Below are positions 53,564 through 64,000 of a stretch of DNA of 64,000 nt, in pieces. A model generated the notes under the pieces. It was not told the DNA's origin. It did not search any database and was given only the letters and a program-made list of their open reading frames with translations. The stretch's first letter is position 1. The number at the start of each line of letters is the position of its first letter. A program made the translations under genes and the position numbers. The DNA lies in contig OZ286463.1 of assembly GCA_965644265.1 (NCBI GenBank), positions 99,510,001 to 99,574,000 on the forward strand. Reading direction: 5' to 3'. Source of the stretch: Glycera tridactyla. Lineage: Eukaryota.

Positions 53564-56500
53564 TATTGAAAAAAAGCAAGTGTTATCGGTGAGAGTAATT
53601 ACTGGCATCTGGCAAGTGAACAAAAACAGATTAGCATGGAGAATACAAATGCGATGAGAGTAAAGCTAGCATGCCAGCGCTGAGTGATTAAAACGCTAAC
53701 ATGACCTGACAGAATTTTCTCCGCATAATGCCAACCTAATGGCTGCGGGTATTGGCTACACTGTAAATCTATCTGTACCATTTCTCCCTCAAATGCAGCA
53801 TCCTCCGAAAGGTATACCTGCCGTTGATGTTACATACCAGTCACTTTGTGAATACCAGGTGGATGTGGTTTACTGATACACTGAAGATGATGCTTCACGT
53901 CTCCATCACATTTGTATATCCAACTTTCCACGGGAGAAGCATCCAGTGAGGTATCTTATGGATGAAGTAAGACATGGTAACGAGTAGTTTCAATTATGAA
54001 AAAAGGATGAAACATATGAAAAAGATATATGGAACATTCGCTCATGTTACAATTATAGACACATCACACAAAATGATCTCCTGAGCTTTCCAACAATCCA
54101 TCAATACCAGAACATATAGGGAATTTGGCAGGGCAATATTACATCGAATGACTCGTTGCAGATGACGTGTTTTGAAAAAAGGACGAACACATAACTTTTC
54201 ATACTGTTGGATCTTCTTTAACTTGAAGCATAATGCTCCACATTCATCAGTCAAGATGACTATTTCTCAGATCATCATGAGCTTCACGAGCTAGTTATCT
54301 ATTTGGACATGGGGTCTCTTATGTAACATTCACCTTTAATCAGGTGTACGCATGGGCAGATATGGTGATGAATTATGTTGTGACCATTCTCGGGTATTCA
54401 ATATGCACCTGTTTTATGATGAATTTTACAAAATATAGTCAAATTGGATGTTTTAGAATAAGATACGTCCGAAATCTACGTGGATATTGGGTTAGTTAGT
54501 GGATTCCGGAGATGAGAGTGTTGGATGCAGTTATTTTTTTTACAGTATACAATATGTTTCAAGAAGGCTGTGACAACTTGGAAGGGAGAGATAATACAAA
54601 AATGTATCACCCAAGTGATTTGGTGGAAAAAAAATTGATATGAACCTTGATCAATGCGAGTGCATACGAGAGTCATACAATATTTGAGAGTAATCATTTT
54701 AATATCAATATGTCCCAGTTGGTTCAGGGCAGGCAAGCAACGATCCGAGGTTAATTGGACTCTAGGCCCGCATAATGATGTTGATATGAATGGAGAGACA
54801 CTTAGTTTATTAGCTTAGTTATTATGGTATTACAATATCACGACCTACCGTTATATTGATTTGGGCCAAGCCTGACTAGGCTTGACACTGGACCTTATTC
54901 AGCCGTTAACTTCTGCCCGACTACTTTAATCTGGGCCAAGCCCGTGTCATACATTCACATACACTCATATAGGTCCTTTTTCACTCAGAGAAACCAATAA
55001 CACTTCATCACATGCATGAACTCACATATCTGTACATCGAGTGCCAGTCGCCAAGAATATTGCCAAGTTCCAAAAAAGAGTGTTTTCTAGCTCCTCATAA
55101 CAAAAATATTATCGGGGCCCGTTAGATCAACATCAAGAATATCAAATAAGAAACCTATCATGGGCTACAAATCAGGGTTTCAGGTGATTTTGCCACGATT
55201 AGTTAGATCTCAGATGGTCAGAAAATGATGCGAAGTTATTGAAGATTGAGTAAGTGCTTCAAACGCGAGATACATAAAGTGTTCACATCCATTTCACACA
55301 GAGAATCGATTGATTCATTCGAATATCCCTACAGGTGCCATTCTTGCTGAGCCAAATAAAAACGAAAAAGCGAATGGAAGCATGTTATTTATATGGACGA
55401 GAACCATTCAGACCTTCGCGAACATATTCATACATCTCACAGATGAAGTTTGGGCTCCCGAATTGACGACCATCAGGAGCGTCTGGTTGGGTAATTATCT
55501 CGGTGAAACTGGCATGTCTTCGTGGTAGCACAGACGATGCAAGGCTGTGAATGTGTTGTTCACAGAAGAAGAGACTGTCTGAAATTAATGGCAATCATCC
55601 AGGCAACACAGCAAGTCCAAATGGCACAATCATCAGTCTCATTAGAGTGTAGTATTCTGATGCATGATAATTTCAAAATGCATTTCGAGGGTGGATGCAT
55701 CATCAAATTGTCGGTAGTAGTGATGGCTGACACAGTTATCATGGCTATGCTGCATATCGTTGTGATACTTTTGGGATAGCTGTGCTGGCAATGTGATCCC
55801 CCAAGATAATACAGATTTATGAAGCAGTGTGGTGCATTATAGGGCAGGCTTTGAACTCCCGTGGATAACATCATCCATTTCACTTTTCGTAGCCAGCAAA
55901 TAATAATGTAGATCAAATAGCAACACCAAATGTATTAACCCCTCCCGATTGAGGCGAGCTTGCGGTGAGGCCCCTTTTTTCTCTCATGCTTCACCCTTCC
56001 ACTCAAGGCAAGGATCACAGTGGAACAGTTCTAACACCTGGAATCACTATGTGTCAAAATATCATGATTTTGATCTAATGAATAATGTGGAATTCGAAAG
56101 AATGATGATGGGTATTAAAACAGGATTACTACAATGTAGTACATGGCCGTGGGAATATGCACTGGGAGCACACAACACGATAAGCTACAGAGTGCATAAG
56201 TAATTTATTGGCTGAATATTTATATAGTTTACAGCTTTATGTGAGACAGAGGTCATTCATCCTTCATCATACATTTCTCATACTCATGTCGCACATCTAC
56301 CCATTCGTATATATTCATCGCATTCCATTCTTTCGTATGTGTTACGTTGTCAATATTTCGTCAACCTGAAGACGATGTCAAATTTTCATTTCATCAATTG
56401 TATTGATGACAAAAGTTATACAAATACAAATACAAAGTTCTTCTGAACGTGCATCCAGTTTGGATGCATCTGTTTTAAAGAGCAGGTGGATTTAGCATTT

Positions 56501-59154
56501 GTGATGATGATGCTTCCATTGCATGATATCCTTCAGCTGATATTGACCTTATTGTAGTTCGTTGTTATTTCGACTCATACATGTTCAATCTTCAACCCAC
56601 TGCTTGTGATCGAATCGTCAGTCATCCTCCTTCGTGCATACATGTGTGTGTGTCTTCCCTGAGGAGAAGAATTCTCGTGGCTGAGTGAAGTCACCGGGCA
56701 CAGATGCGGGGTATTAAGACTGCATCCTGGTAAGACTGTTTACAATCCGCATGCGGACTATCCATCCTCACGCAATCAACTATTAAACAGATTATTCAAT
56801 TGCCTTGTTGATGTATCAACGGATCACGCTCTCATTGAATAATGTTCACGTGCAGTGACTCTCGTGTGTATGTATCGAGCTACTCCCTGAATTTCACTCA
56901 AAAGTACATTTCCCGATAAATGTACATCTAATACTTGGTGAATACTTGCGGAATATCATGTGAAATCGATATATCCATCATCCTAGCAATCCTAAAATCT
57001 TCACATTATCTACAAACACGAATGATAGATATCTGAAATGATCCCTTTTCCAGAGAAGGATTTCACTTTCGGAACTCGAATGTATTCAATATTTTACAAG
57101 CAATCACTTCTGAAAAATGGTTTCGGAGAGTAAGCCCCGGCCTATCAGATATCCATTCCATATTGATGCCAAACTGGTGAATCCAACAAATTCGGTCTAT
57201 AATATCTGATATATCTATCGAAGCCGTTCATGTTTGCAAAATGAGTCTGGGCGACATTGGTGGAATATTTATGCCATTCTATTAGTGGATTATCTGGGTA
57301 ACCTACCAGTCTGATGTCATTATTGAGTGCAGGGTCACTGGCTGGCCTGATGTCATTACTAAATACTCACTTTTCATGCTGCTGATATCCATCCACCTCG
57401 GCATATATGCATGAGAGACTGATTGCCTTATTGATTCTCCTGTGCTGTGCACGCAAATCACAGACAACTGTGGAGCATACAATATCTAGTATTCGGGTCA
57501 GAATTGGCACTTGAGTATCTAGAAATCCATAGATGTTCACCTCCTGTTCGGGACTCTCGGGGCGGATACAAAGAGGTGCCACTCCTGATTATCGAATGCC
57601 AGTACCGATATGTCTTAATTGGTGCTCACATTATGCAGAAAAAAACAATGAATCGAGCACACTGGTCAAGCACATTCATCGGTATTCAAATCAATTTTAT
57701 ATTCGATTCTACTATTATTGTAAAACACGATGATTCTGATGCCAATTTTTCCTTCCTTCGACATGTGCACGATATCACGTTCTTCGCCAGTGGATGAGTC
57801 ATGGATGGGGAAAGACTCCATATACATGATCAGCCTAATCCCTTCGACAGAATTTGTATGCAATGGATGTTTCATTCAGCATCTTCATGGGATGATTCGG
57901 GTGATCACACGCAATATATCACACATGCCCAACAGAAATGCTTCCCTGTGACCTCCATCTTTTTTTTGTCTGACTCTTTCTATCCATACCAGTATCGAAA
58001 TAAAAAGCATCCCTTTGACGGAAAGCAGGATGGTGACCAATCGAAGCGTTTTCACTATATTTCAACAATTTCGACTAGCCATTCAAACTGAATAGCCACT
58101 TCTTGGGTATACGATGGTTTTTGTGTGGCACATGTCCTAGAAACTAGAATCAATAATAGGAGCACTTGGTTTGAGAGCAGGCACCGGGGCTCTGTTGAAA
58201 CGTTAGTTGATATTTACGATAGTTCCACCACGCTCTGTCCGAAAACACTTTCTACACGAGGAGCTTTCTCAATAATCAAACTGCATTTCGCATGACACTG
58301 CTGCGTGGTCATAAAAGCCGAGAATACCGATTGACTTCCACGTGTTCTGTTTCTTTTCACGGATTCTCCAGTTGTGGCTCTGAGGTGTGAACCGTTTCCG
58401 AAGCGGTGTGAGTGAAATTCCCTGATGAGTGATAACTGGTTAAAGGTGATAGAAGCTTGAGCTCACGTGTACGTATACCCTCATAAACTGCAAGCTAGGC
58501 TTGTGTTAAATGCTGGCCCAGCATCACTGTGCTCACTAGCCATGGGCCTCGAGAGACAAGTGTGAATAAGCAAATAACAGGCATTCTGAGCAAGACAACT
58601 TTTTCGCCAACCTCCTACTAGCCGGGAACCACCTCTGTTTCATCTAAATATTCATTCCAGGCACTATGAGATTGAGAATGGGATACCTTCGTTTGATTTC
58701 ACGGACAGATTATACATGTAACCATCATGTTCGAATTTTTTTTATGAATCAACTCGAACCGCACGAGCGCACGAGGACACAGATGTACACAGAACTGAGA
58801 CCACATGGAGCACGCTATTCTGATGCGTTTATAGGTTTCCGCAGTTTCTCACAGAAAACCACCTTCTTGTGATGCAGATGCTCGAACAATAGCGGTACAA
58901 TTCAGCATTGGGTCATAGAGCTCAGGCCATCCGTGACAGCTTCACATATTATAATACCCAGTTAGTAATCCATTGAAAACCTTTGTTCCATGATGGTGAT
59001 ATGTGACCGTCAGAATACAGATCCGTGCATCCAACCTTTTTCGTGGGGACTATATCACAACATCAGGGCATCTATTTAATTTCAAGATGGTTTCATGGTA
59101 TACATAATTCAGTGAGCCAAACACTTCCAACATAACTTGTGGGTAGGTATGCAT

Positions 59155-59770
59155 GACTATACATTAAGGGAAGCAATGAATGGAAGAGAGGAAGAACTAG
59201 GCCTGCCGATCACGCTGTCCAGCTAAATACATTACAGATCTGGACTTTGCTGATGACATTGGTCTTATATCTGAAAAGTTATAGCAAGCACAAAGCATTG
59301 CTTCAACAAGTTGAAGAAGCCTCAGCAGGAGTTGGCTTAGCAATGAAGGTCAAAAACACAAAAGTACTCGCATTCAACCAGAGACAGAAGGTTGAAATCA
59401 AGGCCATAAATGGATCAGTATTAGAAGTAATGCAGGACTTCAAACATCTTGGCTCAATGATTAACAGCACTGAGGCTGACATCGAAGTAGGAAAGGGGAT
59501 GGCATGGAGAACATGCAACAAAATTGAAAAAAATCTGTAAGTCAAAACTGAAAAATGATCTGGAGATCAGACTGCTAACATCAACAGTTGACGCTATTCT
59601 CTTATGGCAGCGAAACATGGAGCTTGAGGAAGATTCAGGAGAAAGAACTTGATGTTTGCTATAGACGGATGTTGAGAGAAGTTATCTGTCTGCATACATG
59701 ACAGAGAGCAGTGGCGCACCATCATAGCACAAGCTAGAGCGAGCTTAAAATAAGCAAGCAAGTAAGTAAA
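59155..59770 (+). mobile_element. 5'-truncated, internally deleted RTE-type LINE pseudo-copy containing the RT catalytic motif, with an (AAGY)n tail
   Basis: Translates as DYTLREAMNGREEELG../RSRCPAKYITDLDFADDIGLISE*../LLQQVEEASAGVGLAMKVKNTKVLAFNQ..QDFKHLGSMI..AWRTCNKI, containing the DLDFADD RT motif, with frameshifts and stops. The 3' tail is TAAGCAAGCAAGTAAGTAAA. TSD GTATGCAT lies at 59147-59154 and 59771-59778. Confidence 0.92.
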
Positions 59771-61143
59771 GTATGCATCTTCTAAAGGCATTTCGAACGC
59801 CATAAATAGTGACTGGCAGGTCTTTCTGACAGTGCAAAACTAGCCCTGTGTATCAGACTATTCGCTAAATGATGAATGAATAAAACATGACGTCACCACT
59901 GTGCCGTTTCAATGATTTATATGACAACATGCTAGCACTTTTCATGGGCTAACAATGTGTTCCCCTCTCTCCTACATGGAATCGCCCGGGATTTGGATGC
60001 TTCTATGGAATCACACACGTACATCGCACGAAAGAGATATCTCAGTGAGAAGGGACTGGGAAACAGGCAAGCTATCAGGTCCGTGGCACTGAAAAAAAAA
60101 CCTCTCATGAACCATGATTTATCTCGGGAATGATGTCGTTCGAAAGCAGTCCTGGTGATCTACATACATATACACGACATAGACAGTTATCATGATCCGC
60201 CAGGATGACGTCACGATGACGCAATGAAACCATGATGAAATATGCCCACATTATGATGTTCCCCATAGTCCAAATTAATCCGATATTACTTCATCATTTG
60301 AAGTACATGAATTTCATCATTGCAACCCGCTGAGACAATTCCGATAATAAAATGTATACTTCATCTCATTGCTGCTGAGAAATTTGCGAGGGTATATGCA
60401 TTGGTCATCTCTGTATAGTACTTGGACCTGTCTATTTAATCTGAAAGTGTGGTCCTCAATTGTGCAGATGCGATCATTCTGTACAGCCCTAAAAAGTGAG
60501 AAGGGATGTTGAGCCCTACTGGAAAAAAAACAATCATGATATGTACCTTCGGCTCCCATGATTTTCTAAGACCTTCTCTTACATCTTGAAAATAACTCGA
60601 AATATCGATTCATTAAATTCATCTACATCATAAAACTCATATATCATCCAATATCAAAGAGGAGATTATCTCCTCCGTTAACGTCGAGTACGGGTATGTG
60701 GGTCGTATCGACGCCACTCATAGTGGTGAAAAGTTCTGAATCCAAAAGAACAAAAATGTTGCCAGTCTATCGAATGCAGTGGAATCGTTTACATACTCCT
60801 ACTAGAAAATATTAAATCCTATCATATATATTGAAGAGACACCGATGGATGAGATTGTATCGCACATATCTCCCCAATTTCTGGAATATGCATTACAAAA
60901 AGGTGATAGCAACTCACCGCATACCATGTGTAGAAACCCATATGCTACGTACCTAGAACATAGAGATAAAGGTCTCATTATTACAATGCATGATAGATAA
61001 AACAGGTGAATCGTATTTCATTCATGACGATATCTTTTTGCATGGTAGTTTTTTCATGAGAATGTCTGGTTTGCTTGCCACATATACGATGTGTCTCCAC
61101 ACGTTGTCGGTGGTCTCAACCATGGGTAAAAACAAGAATGTGA

Positions 61144-61395
61144 TTTTTTTCATTCGCACAGAAAATCACGTGACCCCACAAATCGTATTATACATGCTCG
61201 CGTCACGAGAAAGGCATACGCTCACAATCAACAATACAAAAAACGGATATGTACTCGGGTAGAGAGATATGTATTTTTTTTTCATTCGCACAGAAAATCA
61301 CGTGACCCCAAGGATCGTATTACATGCTCGCGTCACGAGAAAAGCATACGCTTACAATACAAAACACGGATTTGTACTCGGGTAGATAGATATGT
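61144..61395. repeat. Two diverged tandem copies of a ~132-bp unit next to a gap
   Basis: CATTCGCACAGAAAATCACGTGACCCCA...CATGCTCGCGTCACGAGAAA..GCATACGCT..GTACTCGGGTAGA starts at 61151 and 61283 (offset 132). Confidence 0.9.
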
Positions 61396-64000
61396 TCGAT
61401 GAAAAATAGTACGAACGCTTCGGGCGCAAACACGCAAATGCANNNNNNNNNNNNNNNNNNNNNNNNNNNNNNNNNNNNNNNNNNNNNNNNNNNNNNNNNN
61501 NNNNNNNNNNNNNNNNNNNNNNNNNNNNNNNNNNNNNNNNNNNNNNNNNNNNNNNNNNNNNNNNNNNNNNNNNNNNNNNNNNNNNNNNNNNNNNNNNNNN
61601 NNNNNNNNNNNNNNNNNNNNNNNNNNNNNNNNNNNNNNNNNNNNNNNNNNNNNNNNNNNNNNNNNNNNNNNNNNNNNNNNNNNNNNNNNNNNNNNNNNNN
61701 NNNNNNNNNNNNNNNNNNNNNNNNNNNNNNNNNNNNAAATGTCAAATGTATTCATATATTCCATGGATTGCTTTCTTTCAATAAACATTGTATTGGATGC
61801 ATCTCAGTGAGTTAGGTTTGGTTAGCACACAGCGATACGTCCGTTTTCAATCATTTCTCACGCATTCCAGTGGATACATTCTAGTGAATTAAACTTCAAT
61901 TGAGACATCCCACCATTGTACACATCCCCTCATTGACTTGTCGCACATGCATAGTCAGAAGTGATACGAAATCTACATTGTGGATTCCGGATGAAGGTAA
62001 CTATTGATATCACAAGCAGGGATGAGCACCGTGAGAAAAAATAGCAGGCCTTCCCCCTGAAGTGTACGATGTAGATTCGCCGACCTGTTCACACGTGACG
62101 CGAGTGTGAATTATCCATGCTAATTCCCGCTCACCGGCAGATTTATGTGGCTTTCTAAGCCGTTCACACCCTGGTCCCAGTGCCGACGAGCGGGTTTCTT
62201 TATGGTGATTATCTATATGATGAGGCCATTTTTGCCATTGTGCTCTATGGTGCCACATCCAGTGGGATGTGAGTACATTTCCATCCTCCCCTAAATCCCC
62301 TGGGTGATGATTGCATCCCGTGTTATACCTAGCTGTGCAGTCCATTCATCCAGTGAACCCACGTGTTTATAGGCTGGGATGATGCTGAGGCGATTTATCA
62401 CCCAGTGAGCCAATACCGTTATCCCCACCCAGCGGGCAGAGGTCAAAATGTCACTGTATCCAGCACAATGAGTGTGATCATATGTTCCTGTAACATGCTT
62501 CTGTGAGGACACCGATCCGCACTAATTTACTGCCCAATTTCTCGGAAAATGATCATCATGCAAGGCCTCAACTCCCACTACTTGTCTGCACCATATTAGG
62601 TTTTGTCTATCCATAATCTCTCAAAATATGGTATGTGGTACCTTTGGTATAGAGAATCAGTGGCAATGATCGACATCCCTCTGACTCCTCTCATGCTATG
62701 ACGTATGCTGGGAGATATAACTCAGATTTCTTGAAATCATGATAGGACTATCTTCTTTTGAGAACCTAAAGCATTTTGACAGAGAATATATACCAGGATC
62801 TCACCCTCATCTTTTGGAAAATTTGACTTTGATTTTACGTTCGCTCCCATCATTGCTACCATCACATTTATCATTTTATCCCAATATGAACCTGCCTTCG
62901 ATAAAGAGATTGCTGTGGAATGACCTTATCGGGTTGGATATTTCAGTACAACCACGAAATTCATCAATGTGGCCATTGCAGAAGTATGGAGCAGCCGCTC
63001 TCGATAATCTATTGATAAGGATACACTTTTGTGCGTGCGTACTTGGAGATCACCTCTCGAATGTGCTAAAGAAAGAAATCGGAGCGATTCACTCACAAAT
63101 TCAATCCGATAATTCATTTTGTATTGATTGACCTCACATATGGCTGGGAGTGGCGAGGATGGGAGATGTTGAGGTGGAGAGGCGTTACAGGAGTGACAGG
63201 AATAGCTCGCTCAGCAGATATTCAGCTAGTATGGAAATATTGGAAGTGATCGGCAGGGATTACGATAACCTTAGTGCCTGTCATGGGCGCAGATCGGTGT
63301 AATGTTCGTCCATCTCATACCAGTGGGAATTGGATTAGTCTGAAGTTATGGATGAGCATGTCAAATTACCAATATCTCGATATCTCGATGAGCATGGTTG
63401 GAATGATTTAAGACGAATATTGAACTGCAATTCAAAATGAAAGTTGACTCACGTCCACGATAGTTCAACTCGGAGCTGTGACATATTGACAACACCAAAC
63501 AAATCTGCAGATTGCTATTAGAAGACACTGCTTCACAATAATAATCAGATAACACAGGATTATGTTTTCAATTGTAGCCTAACGAGGCAGGAGAGAACCT
63601 CGCCCCTATTTAAAGGTATTGATGGTAACCATAGGGGAGGTAAATGGTCTCAGGTTCAAACAACCAGAGCGATACTTTTAACTCCATAAGGTGGCATATT
63701 CTGCGAAGATCTCTCGCAATGCCGTACGTATGCGAGTGGCAGGAGGAAAAGAGGCTGCAAATTCCGGGACAGAACACGTCCGTAGGGGCAGTGAACTTCG
63801 AATTATATCAAGTACTAAGTAGAGGCACGAAATGATTCAAACTACCATTGCGTGTTAACTATGTATTGCTTTAACATGACGTATATCCGAGTCCCCTTTC
63901 GACAACATAGAGTTTGTCATGATTATTGATGGATCAGTACATTCAGATACATTATAGAGAATCCAGCCGGTGTTTTGCGTTCCCATCCGGGTGTAATCTC

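Larger units (their letters stand above)
23217..61736. other. Seven assembly gaps (N): 23217-23349, 37183-37395, 40706-40858, 42265-42396, 44714-45042, 49633-49794, 61443-61736
   Basis: N runs, several abutting tandem repeats. ORFs containing X are artefacts of these gaps. Confidence 0.99.

Noticed and set aside
60918-60978. Minus-strand MRPLSLCSRYVAYGFLHMVC+G with a strong phase-1 donor as the SOL-1 first exon
   Set aside because: The hydrophobic core is weak, it is phase-incompatible with the 41.2-kb micro-exon, and several similar chance candidates exist (45932-, 58537-, 63453-).
62739-63131. 130-aa ORF with a vague LRR-like Leu pattern
   Set aside because: It lacks the LxxLxLxxN consensus, and its length is within chance expectation. 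The same applies to ORFs 17187-17615 and 24478-24849.

Overview
This is eukaryotic, probably invertebrate animal, genomic DNA of moderate GC content with seven N gaps. It is almost entirely intronic or intergenic and rich in simple repeats; nearly all listed ORFs are chance or repeat-derived. One coding exon is well supported (15915-16095, minus strand). It encodes the N-terminal half of a CUB domain of the SOL-1 (suppressor of lurcher, AMPA-receptor auxiliary subunit) type. A candidate 22-nt upstream micro-exon lies 25 kb away, and I found no downstream exon in the window. Mobile DNA comprises two 5'-truncated RTE-type LINE copies, each with an exact target-site duplication (TSD), and a non-autonomous TGT...ACA element with terminal inverted repeats (TIRs), a 4-bp TSD and arrays of the palindrome CCCGGGTTAACCCGGG (Ginger-like by its ends). 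The most unusual feature is a 149-nt gap-free hairpin at 319-467. Its mismatches are mostly G.A, including three symmetric CGAG/CGAG tandem-GA motifs and a C(GGA)G triloop, a pattern known to stabilise single-stranded DNA hairpins on one strand only. All alignments and translations were done by eye; no database searches were run.
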